Translations under genes and position numbers: made by a program
IMG/VR virus record: IMGVR_UViG_3300022723_000177
Span: 1-64,000 of that record
Source of the DNA: a virus
Strand: one strand, 5' to 3'
Length of the DNA: 64,000 nt
In this document: one piece after another, positions 1 to 8,053 of the stretch
How the letters are laid out: the number at the start of each line of letters is the position of its first letter
Numbering within the stretch: the first letter of the stretch is position 1
Notes under the pieces: model-generated
What the model saw: the letters and a program-made list of their open reading frames with translations, nothing else
Database searches by the model: none
Told to the model about the DNA's origin: nothing

Positions 1-180
1 CCCCCGCCCCTGCCCCGCCCCCGCCTCACCCTGGCCCTGGCCCCGCTCCTGCCTCACCCTGGCCCTGCCCCCGCCCCTGCCCTGCCCCGCCCCTGCCTCA
101 CCCTGCCTCACCCGGGCCCTGCACCGCCCTGGGCTCTGTGGGCCCCGCCCCTCTGGTAGCCGTGCGGGCCCTCGCGGGCG
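1..180. repeat. C-rich low-complexity repeat tract (units such as cccctgccccgcccc and ctcaccctggccctg); the complementary strand carries many G3-G5 runs with G-quadruplex potential
   Basis: Direct reading. cccctgccccgcccc recurs at about 1, 77 and again at 1025-1040. No convincing ORF. Confidence 0.6.
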
Positions 181-195
181 CGTGCAGGCGAAACT

Positions 196-220
196 TTTGT
201 TGGCACCCCCTGCCAACAAA
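196..220. promoter_or_regulatory. Perfect 10-bp inverted repeat with a 5-nt loop (tttgttggca ccccc tgccaacaaa); operator or terminator-like hairpin
   Basis: Reverse complement of tttgttggca equals tgccaacaaa. It sits in the non-coding left region. Confidence 0.5.
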
Positions 221-477
221 TGTTGCACCTCAGTGCCAAGTGTCGAACCCACAGGCATCCCGGCGGCAGCTACCACCCTAACCCCCTGATACATAAAGAC
301 TTTCTAGCGTTCCGCTGGCACTACACCCACCGAAACCGGACGGTTTTGGATCGGCAACTAGGCCGCACAAGCCCCTGAATTTACTAATCTTTTTCAACGC
401 ACAGCCCTAGGCTCTCTGCCCACGGGGGCTCGATCGTTCTGCGCACCCCCTGCCGCCGAACCCCACCCCCTTGGGGA

Positions 478-497
478 CCCGCGGGGTACCCCGCGGG
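478..497. promoter_or_regulatory. 20-bp perfect palindrome cccgcggggtaccccgcggg (candidate operator)
   Basis: Self-complementary 20-mer. A related cccgcgggg copy lies at about 555-565. Confidence 0.5.
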
Positions 498-518
498 GCA
501 TTAATTACCGACCCCTGT

Positions 519-535
519 GCACAATATTTGTGCAT
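519..535. promoter_or_regulatory. AT-rich palindrome TGCACAA-TAT-TTGTGCA (operator or promoter-like) inside the regulatory region
   Basis: 7-bp arms are exact reverse complements. Local AT-rich island in a 68% GC genome. Followed by three TGAAAT direct repeats at about 580-625 spaced about 19 bp apart. Confidence 0.45.
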
Positions 536-728
536 ATTTGAAAAACTCGGGATTCCCGCGGGGCCCCAATTCCAGAATCCTGAAATTCCTGCTCGAGTGA
601 AATTATCGATTTCGCTGAAATAGGCGACACAGAAGTGTGTAACTGGTCGGGCACCGCGCGGCGAGGTATGCTGCGCGCTCACTGCCGGCGCAGGGGCCGG
701 TCCAACTACCCTCGAGAGGAATACGCTC

Positions 729-1019
729 ATGGCAATTGTTCAGGCCGAGCTCGACACGCTCAACACCGCCATCGCCGCGGTCGACACCGCGATGGACACC
801 GTCATCGCTGGCTGGGAAACCGGCGACGATCTCACCTTCACCCCCGGCACCGCGTTCGAATCGCTGACCGTCGGCCCCCAGACGTTCAAGAACGAGAACG
901 ACGGTTCCACCTTCATCGGCTCCGACGAGGCCCGCGCGCTGGGCAACACGAACCAGGCCGTTCAGAACATCTACGCGCTCCTGAGCCTCGGCGTCTGGAG
1001 CTCCACGGTCGCTGCGTAG
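729..1019 (+). CDS. Hypothetical small protein (96 aa)
   Basis: First clean ATG ORF after the regulatory region. No recognisable domain. Confidence 0.45.
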   Translation: MAIVQAELDTLNTAIAAVDTAMDTVIAGWETGDDLTFTPGTAFESLTVGPQTFKNENDGSTFIGSDEARALGNTNQAVQNIYALLSLGVWSSTVAA

Positions 1020-1338
1020 GGCCTTACCCCTGCCCCGCCCCGCGTCGGACGCGCTACCCCGGCGCGGGGCACCCCCGTGATCAAACCGAGAGGAGTAGAA
1101 CATGCATATCCCATAGAAGGAGATAGCAGATGTTCTACTCGCGCTCGCGCTTCAATCATCCTCTCAGCAAGATCCAGGGCTTCGAAGACTGGTTCTACAC
1201 GGGCGGTAGTCGAAAGTTCGGCCACATGCCCTCGAAGAAGGGGAACCGCCGCTAGCCCAGTGCAAAGTGCCAAGGTGCCTCGTACCTCGGCCTCCTAGAG
1301 CCCTAGAGCCCCCACCACACCGAAGACGGAGAACACCC

Positions 1339-1635
1339 ATGCCGGATTCCGATGCCCCCATGCCGCGCGAACTCGCCGAAGCGATCGCGGATGCGATCGC
1401 GGATGCGAGCGCCCGCGAAGCAGAAGCCCAGACCGGCGTGGTCGAGCTCGATCGCGCACCCACCCACGAGGAGCTCGAGCGCCTCGCCAAAGCGGGCGTG
1501 ACCGAAATTCGCCTCACCGAACCACCGGCAGAGCCCTTCGGCACCCTCGAGTTCGTGCCCGAAGGAGACGGCGTTGAAGAGAGTCCAGGCGAGCTCAAGC
1601 CCAACCAACGCCCCTGCACCTTCACTCGCCGGTAG
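1339..1635 (+). CDS. Hypothetical acidic small protein (about 98 aa)
   Basis: ATG at 1339 preceded by gaagacggaga (RBS-like). Coding-like composition. Confidence 0.45.
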   Translation: MPDSDAPMPRELAEAIADAIADASAREAEAQTGVVELDRAPTHEELERLAKAGVTEIRLTEPPAEPFGTLEFVPEGDGVEESPGELKPNQRPCTFTRR

Positions 1636-1645
1636 GAGCGGGCGC

Positions 1646-2275
1646 TTGGCACTTGGCACTTCGCCCGCCAAGAAGAAGCAGACCCGCCGCAAGAAAGGCA
1701 CAGCCTCCGAGGTGTGCTCGAAGTGCGGCGAGCGGCCTCCGCAGCGCAAGCACAACTACTGCCAGCCGTGCAAGCGCGCGTACGACCGCGAGCGGTACCT
1801 ACGACAGCGCACGAAGATCATCGCTGGGACGAAAAAGCGCGTGGCGACCAACCGCGAGAAGCTGATGGAGTTGAAGGCCGGGCGCGTCTGCGTCGACTGC
1901 GACGTGCAGTACGGTCCGCACGTGCTGCAGTTCGACCACCGCGACCCATCGAAGAAGCACATGAACGTGTCCGACATGATCGGGCGTGGATACGCGTGGA
2001 AGAAGATCGTCATCGAGATCGAGAAGTGTGACGTGGTCTGCGCGAATTGCCACGCCGAGCGGACCTTCCGAACCCGCGGGCGGAAGAAGGCCAAAGCGCC
2101 GGGCGGGAACCGACCTGAGCCGTCGACCGAGAAAGAGCGCGATGAGCAGATCCTGCAGGAGACGCTCGAGGAGATGCGCTCGAGGCTGGGGCTTCCTGGG
2201 GACGAGGAGCTGACCGAGCTCAGGGAAACGCTGAATAGGGGGCTCCGCGCGCCAGAGCGGGATCACGAGTACTGA
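1646..2275 (+). CDS. HNH endonuclease
   Basis: Translation shows CxxC...VCVDCD...QFDHRDP...N...CANCH, the HNH/zinc-finger nuclease signature. Start assigned to the TTG at 1646 (AGGAG 7 nt upstream); the start is uncertain. Confidence 0.65.
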   Translation: MALGTSPAKKKQTRRKKGTASEVCSKCGERPPQRKHNYCQPCKRAYDRERYLRQRTKIIAGTKKRVATNREKLMELKAGRVCVDCDVQYGPHVLQFDHRDPSKKHMNVSDMIGRGYAWKKIVIEIEKCDVVCANCHAERTFRTRGRKKAKAPGGNRPEPSTEKERDEQILQETLEEMRSRLGLPGDEELTELRETLNRGLRAPERDHEY

Positions 2276-2315
2276 GGTAGAATAGCTCTCCCAGACGCTC
2301 ATCCAGGAGATCGCC

Positions 2316-2717
2316 ATGACCAAAGGCTTCAATCACTACGCCCGCGCGCTGGATGACCCTGCCGCGAATTCCTACGACATCATCACCCCGGCCGAGAGCG
2401 AGCTGCTGGTGGTCACGCACATCCGCTACACCTGCATTGCGACCGCCACGGTAGGGACTCGCACAGGCCGCATCCGCCTGACAGATCCGAACCCCGGGCC
2501 GACCACAGCCCTGGTGGTGGACCTGCAGGCCCCGAATGTCGCGGCGAGCGCGAACACCCGGATCAGCTTCGGCGTTGGGATGCCAGACGACGCGGGGGTG
2601 TCCGTACCCATCGCGCCCATCGAGGTCGCCCCAGGGTGGACGCTGTTCATCGGGAACACGGGCCTGATCGACGCCGACGATCGCGTCTACGTGGGGGTGT
2701 ACGGCTACACGATGTAG
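2316..2717 (+). CDS. Hypothetical protein (133 aa)
   Basis: Good RBS (caggagatcgccATG). No recognisable domain. Confidence 0.55.
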   Translation: MTKGFNHYARALDDPAANSYDIITPAESELLVVTHIRYTCIATATVGTRTGRIRLTDPNPGPTTALVVDLQAPNVAASANTRISFGVGMPDDAGVSVPIAPIEVAPGWTLFIGNTGLIDADDRVYVGVYGYTM

Positions 2718-2893
2718 TGCGTCACCTTTCCTGCGCGTCGGTCCACTCACGCCCAGCAGCTCCAAGCAGCGGCCCCGCAGGGATGGTTGCTCCCACCAAC
2801 CTCTCACCCCCCAGAGCCCTGCGGGGCCCATTTTGGCCTCAAGTTCCGGTGCGGACGGTCGATACGCATGAAGAGACTGACGGAGGACTCATC

Positions 2894-3475
2894 ATGAAGG
2901 TCGCGGTCTACGCGCGCGTGTCGAAGGCAGACGGCTCCCAGACCGTCGAGAATCAGCTCGGGCCCCTACGGGCGTACCTGGGCTCCAGGGGCGACGACGT
3001 CGCCGCGGAGTTCGTGGAACACGCCTCGGGAGCCGACGAGAACCGCAGCGAGCTCGGCGCGCTCCTCGAAAGGCTCGACGAGTTCGACGCGATCGCGATC
3101 GTGAAGCTCGACCGGCTCGCCCGCAGCGTCCACCACCTCACCTCTCTGGCCCGCGAGCTCGAGAGCCGTGGCGTCGACCTGATCGTGAAGGATCAGGGCA
3201 TCGATACCAGCACACCGGCCGGGAAACTGATGTTCCACGTCCTCGGCGCGGTCGCGGAGTTCGAGCGCGACCTGATCGTCGAGCGCACCAAGGCCGGCCT
3301 GGCCCGCGCCCGACGGGAAGGCAAGCAGGTCGGCCGCCCGCGCCTCCAGATCGACCTCGACCAGGCCCGCGCGGTGCTCCTGCGCGAGGGCAGCTACGCG
3401 AAGGCAGCGCGTGAGCTCGGGGTCCCCGCGACCACGCTCCGGCGCCACCTCCGCGAGGAAGGGGCTTCAGCGTGA
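2894..3475 (+). CDS. Small serine recombinase (resolvase/invertase family)
   Basis: MKVAVYARVSKADGSQ N-terminus with the catalytic Ser motif YxRVSxxxQ. C-terminal HTH (AKAARELGVPATTLRRHL). ggagga RBS 6 nt upstream of the ATG at 2894. Confidence 0.85.
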   Translation: MKVAVYARVSKADGSQTVENQLGPLRAYLGSRGDDVAAEFVEHASGADENRSELGALLERLDEFDAIAIVKLDRLARSVHHLTSLARELESRGVDLIVKDQGIDTSTPAGKLMFHVLGAVAEFERDLIVERTKAGLARARREGKQVGRPRLQIDLDQARAVLLREGSYAKAARELGVPATTLRRHLREEGASA

Positions 3476-3503
3476 GGTGGGCTCCGAAGGATCCGGGCGT
3501 TCG

Positions 3504-3647
3504 ATGAGCGCAGAAGCCGAGTCGATGCCGGAAACATTCCCGGTAGGATGCGCGTGGTGCAGGACCGTCTACACGTGGAGCCTGGTGTGCGGGTCGGACG
3601 GGATCTGTGACGCCTGTCTTGCGAAGGTCGGAGGAGAAGACGAATGA
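3504..3647 (+). CDS. Small zinc-ribbon protein (CxxC...CxxC)
   Basis: GCAWCRT...GICDAC in the translation. Stop overlaps the next start (ATGA). Confidence 0.4.
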   Translation: MSAEAESMPETFPVGCAWCRTVYTWSLVCGSDGICDACLAKVGGEDE

Positions 3648-3931
3648 GCGCCGAGGTTCCCGAAGAACAGACCCGCCCTGAGCTCGAGGAAGAGCTCCGC
3701 GAGATCGAGAAGCAGATCGAGCAGCTCATGGAGCTAGATCCACGCGAGCTCGCAGGCGGTGCGCTCGACCTGGTGATCCACGCGAACGCCGCGGCGGCAG
3801 CACCGGGCGTGACAGAGGAGCAGCTGAAGTTTCACGTCGCTGGCCTTTCTCGCTGTGTCTTCGTGCTCGCCCGCCGGGTTCAACGCGACCACCCGCGCCA
3901 GCGCGTGACCACACCGGAGAACGGATCATGA
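3644..3931 (+). CDS. Hypothetical acidic protein (95 aa)
   Basis: ATGA-coupled to the upstream ORF. Coding-like. Confidence 0.5.
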   Translation: MSAEVPEEQTRPELEEELREIEKQIEQLMELDPRELAGGALDLVIHANAAAAAPGVTEEQLKFHVAGLSRCVFVLARRVQRDHPRQRVTTPENGS

Positions 3932-4107
3932 GGATCCTCGTGCTTGCGCCCGCTCTCACGCTTCTGCTGCCCAGCATGGCTTGCGTCGCGCCGACCGGGC
4001 CGAAATCCCCGGAGTTCCGCGCCCAACAAGAGCGCGCCCGCCAAGGGTACTACGACTACCAGACTCGCCGGAGGCTGAGGCAGATCGAACAGAACACCGC
4101 CCACTAG
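3928..4107 (+). CDS. Small secreted protein or lipoprotein (59 aa) with N-terminal signal peptide
   Basis: MRILVLAPALTLLLPSMAC... Not in the supplied ORF track because it is shorter than 60 aa. ATG at 3928, TAG at 4105-4107. Confidence 0.4.
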   Translation: MRILVLAPALTLLLPSMACVAPTGPKSPEFRAQQERARQGYYDYQTRRRLRQIEQNTAH

Positions 4108-4171
4108 GAGGTGGCGCTCGGCTTCGGCTGGGCTACGCTGCGCCCACAACCCACCTGAATCGGAGGCTCCC

Positions 4172-4462
4172 ATGCAGAAGCGGTTCCTGGCTCTCGTGTT
4201 CTCCCTGTTCTTGGCGTTCGGCTGCGCCTACACCTCGGTCGACAAAGGCGGCGACGTCAAGCAGTACGCGTTCGGCCAGGCCGAGACCACGCACGGCGAG
4301 TGCGCGTACCCCGACGAGGGCACGCCCGAGGGTGAAGCGACCATCGATGGCGCCAACTGCACCCGCAGTTCCGGCGGTGCGTTGTCCGACACCATCGGTG
4401 GTGTCTTCGGGCAGCTGACCGACGTGCTCAAGGGGTTTCTTCCGGCTGGTTTTTCTAGCTAG
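4172..4462 (+). CDS. Secreted protein or lipoprotein (signal peptide ending LAFGC)
   Basis: MQKRFLALVFSLFLAFGCAYTS... with ggaggctccc RBS. Confidence 0.6.
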   Translation: MQKRFLALVFSLFLAFGCAYTSVDKGGDVKQYAFGQAETTHGECAYPDEGTPEGEATIDGANCTRSSGGALSDTIGGVFGQLTDVLKGFLPAGFSS

Positions 4463-4473
4463 TCCCTTCTGAC

Positions 4474-5280
4474 ATGCCCCGCATCCCCAGCTTCAGCTAT
4501 TCCAGGCTGACGTGCCTCGAGAAGTGCGAGCACCAGTATGTGACTCGCTACGTGAAGCGCGTCTACCTCAAGACCAACTCCGTCGAGAGCTTCGTCGGCG
4601 TCCTCATCCACGAGATCATCGAGAAGGCCGCCGAGCGTGGGCACCTCGAGCTTCTACCCGCGTGGGAGTACCTGTCCGAGCGATGGGAGAAGGAGTTCAA
4701 CCCTCGCGTTCATTACGACGTCCGCCAGCTAGGAGAAGACCACTGGAAGGACCACGCGATGAGGTGCGTGAAGAACTACCTGACCGGCTCCCTCGTGCCT
4801 CCAGACTGGGAGACCATCGGGCTCGAGTACCGCATGAGCTACGGCCTGCTCGATGATCCACCGGCGAAGTTTACCGGGATCGTGGATCGGCTCATCCGGC
4901 GCAACGGCGCGTACAAAGTCGAAGACTTCAAGACCGGGAAGCCCCAACCGCGCAAGTACTTCGAGCGCGACCAACAGCTTCCTCTCTACGCCTACCTCGT
5001 GGCCCGCGCATTCGCGGTGCCCGAGAACGAAACCATCGAGGTGAACAGGCACTACCTCTCGAGCGGAGAGATCCAGCCGCTCTTCGTGACCAGCGAGAGG
5101 CGAAATGCAGCGTGGCGGTGGGCCCAGGAGACCGCGCAGAAGGCGCGGAAGCTGGAAGCGGCGGCCAAGGCCGAACAGACCCGCGGAAAGCCGCACCGGA
5201 GCCCCCTGTGCGACTGGTGCGACTACAAGAAGGAGCACTGCGACGCATGGCGGAAGAGTACGAGCACGGACCCGCTGTAG
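4474..5280 (+). CDS. PD-(D/E)XK nuclease, Cas4/RecB-family exonuclease-like, with Fe-S Cys cluster
   Basis: N-terminal SFSYSRLTCLEKCEHQY. D...EDFKTGK nuclease core. C-terminal CDWCDYKKEHCDAW supplies three Cys plus the N-terminal Cys. Confidence 0.75.
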   Translation: MPRIPSFSYSRLTCLEKCEHQYVTRYVKRVYLKTNSVESFVGVLIHEIIEKAAERGHLELLPAWEYLSERWEKEFNPRVHYDVRQLGEDHWKDHAMRCVKNYLTGSLVPPDWETIGLEYRMSYGLLDDPPAKFTGIVDRLIRRNGAYKVEDFKTGKPQPRKYFERDQQLPLYAYLVARAFAVPENETIEVNRHYLSSGEIQPLFVTSERRNAAWRWAQETAQKARKLEAAAKAEQTRGKPHRSPLCDWCDYKKEHCDAWRKSTSTDPL

Positions 5281-5825
5281 ATCTCGACATCGTCGACCCG
5301 GAGGCCCGACGTGTCTACGTGGATGAGCTGCTATTCAAGGTAGGTCCACACGGGCAGTCGATCACCCACCGAGCGATCCTGTCGTTGGCGAAGACCCCCG
5401 AACCGATCGAGATCTGGGTCTCGAGCCTCGGCGGAGATGTAACCGTCGCGTTCGCGCTTTATGACTTGATCCGGGTGATCCCCAATCACGTGACGACCGT
5501 CTACTCAGGCATGGTCGCCAGCGCCGCCTGTGTGATCGCGGTGGCGGGGGATGAGCGGCTAGTCATGCCGAACGCGTCGATGCTCTGGCACCACTGTACG
5601 ACCGAGCTCGAGGGCTCTCCTGTGCAGCTACTCCACGATGCTGCGCAGGTAGAGGAGATCGCCAAGCGGTATGCGAAGATCATGGCGCGCCACTCGTCCA
5701 AGACGGCTAGGTTCTGGGAGAAGCTCTACGAGGACCACCAGGACCACATCTTCAACGCCGAAGAGATCGTGAGCCTTGGGTGCGGGGACCGGATTCTGAA
5801 GCCGCGAAGGAAGAAGAACGCGTGA
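5247..5825 (+). CDS. ClpP-like (S14 family) serine protease
   Basis: IWVSSLGGDV...YSGMVASAACVIA...MLWHH matches ClpP motifs (GxxAS nucleophile, His region). Start at the internal ATG at 5247, overlapping the upstream nuclease by 34 nt. Confidence 0.7.
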   Translation: MAEEYEHGPAVDLDIVDPEARRVYVDELLFKVGPHGQSITHRAILSLAKTPEPIEIWVSSLGGDVTVAFALYDLIRVIPNHVTTVYSGMVASAACVIAVAGDERLVMPNASMLWHHCTTELEGSPVQLLHDAAQVEEIAKRYAKIMARHSSKTARFWEKLYEDHQDHIFNAEEIVSLGCGDRILKPRRKKNA

Positions 5826-6391
5826 CCATCGCCGAGCTCGTCAAGGAGATCCTCGAGTGGATCTACCATCTCTGGCCGATCCGCCTCGTCAACGAGTGGG
5901 AGCAAGGGATTCTCGTGCGAAGCGGCACGATCGTGCGTACCTTGAACCATGACGACGGGATCCTCAAGAGCGGGTTCCACGCGTATCTACCCTTCCGCGA
6001 CTCGATCCTCACCGAGGACGCGAACATCGACATTCTCGATACAGATTACCAGGCGCTCACCACGAACGACGGCGTGCGAATCACTGTCTCGGCGATGATG
6101 CGCTTCCGAATTGTCGCGCTGGATCGCTTCTACCGGAAGATCCAAGACCCGACGAACACCCTCCAGAACGCAATGCAGGCCGCGGTCAGCCGCGCGGTTC
6201 CTCACCTGACCTGGTACGCAGAAGACGAGAGTGAAGATGTTCCGCGCCCCGAATTCGGCTTCGAGCTCTGTACGGAGCTCGAATCAGAGATCGCCGACGA
6301 CGCCGACGACTGGGGAATCCACGTGCTCGCGGTAGACATCGCGAACCTCACCGACGCACAGATTCTGCGGGTGCTCACTGACGGGGAGTAG
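5822..6391 (+). CDS. SPFH/band-7 (stomatin/prohibitin-like) domain protein
   Basis: VNEWEQGILVRSGTIVRTL...GFHAYLPF...EDANIDILD...LTTNDGVRITVSAMMRFRI is the band-7 core. GTG start at 5822 overlaps the ClpP-like stop (GTGA). Confidence 0.75.
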   Translation: MTIAELVKEILEWIYHLWPIRLVNEWEQGILVRSGTIVRTLNHDDGILKSGFHAYLPFRDSILTEDANIDILDTDYQALTTNDGVRITVSAMMRFRIVALDRFYRKIQDPTNTLQNAMQAAVSRAVPHLTWYAEDESEDVPRPEFGFELCTELESEIADDADDWGIHVLAVDIANLTDAQILRVLTDGE

Positions 6392-6418
6392 GCTAGGCTC
6401 CGGGAGAACGGAGGCCCA

Positions 6419-8029
6419 ATGAACCCTCAACAGCTCCCCGAGAAGTTTCTGGACTTCGAGTGGTTCGCGAACCGGTTCTTCTCCATTCGCGATCGGTCTG
6501 CGAATCTGATCCCGTTCGCGATGAACCCGCTCCAGAAAACTCTCTACCCAAACCTAAACGGCCACGACGACGTGCTGAAGGCGCGGAAGGGAGGGGTGTC
6601 GACGCTCATCGATCTGCTGGCACTCCACCGCGCGCTAACGCGCATGAATCAAAACTGCCTGATCGTGGCCCACCGGAAGGATTCCGCCCTGGAACTCTTC
6701 CGCATCGTGCGTACTGCGTACGACCATCTACCCGACCAGCTCCGCCCCCGCCTCAAGGTCGACACCAGGACCGAGCTCGAGTTCGCCGGCATCGGTAGCC
6801 GCATCTCAGTACAGACCGCGCGCACCAGCGACATCGGTCGTGCGTCTACCATCGACTTCCTTCATTGCTCTGAGATCGCGTTCTGGGACGAGCCCCAAAA
6901 GATCATGGCCGCAGCGGGCGCTGCACTCGGCGATGGCTCGGAGGTGTACCGAGAGTCGACGCCGAACGGCGCGGGTAACTACTGGCACACGGAGTGGATC
7001 AAGGGAAAGGCGCGCCAGTCCGGCTATCAACCGCACTTCTTTGATTGGCGCGTTGAACCGTCCTACCGAATCCGCGAGGCCAACGCGTTGCGGGACCCAG
7101 AGGAGTTCCATCCCGACGGGACCCCGAAGTTCCAGCGCGACGCAGACCGAGAGTTCGTGTTCAATGAGGAGGAGCGGGCTCTCGAGCTCGATCCGCACCA
7201 GGCTCGGTGGCGGCGGCGCAAGAAGAAGGAGCACGGTGACCTGTTCAAGCAGGAGTACCCCGAGGACGACATCACCTGCTTCATCACCTCAGGCGCGAAT
7301 TTCTTCGACATCGCGTTGGTGCAGAAGCAGTACGATGCGCTCGCGACCTTCATGCGTCAGGGCACGCTACTGAAGCGCGAGGAGCCTGCGCTCGGGATGA
7401 AGATCTGGCACAGCTTCAGTGACAAAGACTGGATGCATTGTGAGTTCGTGATCGGCGCAGACACCTCGGAGGGGCTGGTTGGCGACGGGGATGAGGACCA
7501 CGGCGATTTCTCGGCCGCGACGATTCTTGAGAAGCGGACCGGTCTGCAGGTGGCCACCATGCATGGTCTGTGGGAGCCCTACGAGTTCGCCCACGTTCTG
7601 GCCAAGGCGGGGACGCTCTTCGCTACGCCGGCGGGCGGAGCGGCCCTCCTCGGGGTAGAGCGCAACGAGTACGGCCACGCGGTATTGAACGAGCTCCTAC
7701 GTCACATCAAGTACCCGAATCTCTACTACCACACCGACTTCGACGAGCAGCGCGGGCGCCACATCCGCAAACTCGGTTGGCGGACGAATGCCGGGACCCG
7801 GCCGCTCATGCTCGGAGACCTCCAGAAGGCCCTTGGGAAGGGGTACTTCCGGCCGCGCGACCCAGAGTTCCTAGCTGAGTGCATGCAGTTCGTTCGAAAA
7901 CGGAACGGTCGTCCCGAAGCCCAGCAAGGATGTTTCGACGACCGAGTGATCAGCGCGGCGATCGCCTGGCAGATGCGCCAGACCTATTCAAGCGTCCCCC
8001 TCGTGGGCACGAACATAGACGTAGGGTAG
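6419..8029 (+). CDS. terL: Terminase large subunit
   Basis: ATPase motifs (LKARKGGVST Walker-A-like, HCSEIAFWDE Walker B, STPNG). C-terminal nuclease-like region. 536 aa. Position ahead of the portal gene. Confidence 0.9.
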   Translation: MNPQQLPEKFLDFEWFANRFFSIRDRSANLIPFAMNPLQKTLYPNLNGHDDVLKARKGGVSTLIDLLALHRALTRMNQNCLIVAHRKDSALELFRIVRTAYDHLPDQLRPRLKVDTRTELEFAGIGSRISVQTARTSDIGRASTIDFLHCSEIAFWDEPQKIMAAAGAALGDGSEVYRESTPNGAGNYWHTEWIKGKARQSGYQPHFFDWRVEPSYRIREANALRDPEEFHPDGTPKFQRDADREFVFNEEERALELDPHQARWRRRKKKEHGDLFKQEYPEDDITCFITSGANFFDIALVQKQYDALATFMRQGTLLKREEPALGMKIWHSFSDKDWMHCEFVIGADTSEGLVGDGDEDHGDFSAATILEKRTGLQVATMHGLWEPYEFAHVLAKAGTLFATPAGGAALLGVERNEYGHAVLNELLRHIKYPNLYYHTDFDEQRGRHIRKLGWRTNAGTRPLMLGDLQKALGKGYFRPRDPEFLAECMQFVRKRNGRPEAQQGCFDDRVISAAIAWQMRQTYSSVPLVGTNIDVG

Positions 8030-8053
8030 ACTCAGCCACCAGGAGGCCTGTTC

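Noticed and set aside
603-1126. Overlapping ORFs 603..1103 (-) and 635..1126 (+) in the left regulatory region
   Set aside because: Both are Arg/Gly/His-rich frames typical of GC-rich non-coding sequence. The better-supported ORF 729..1019 occupies the third frame.
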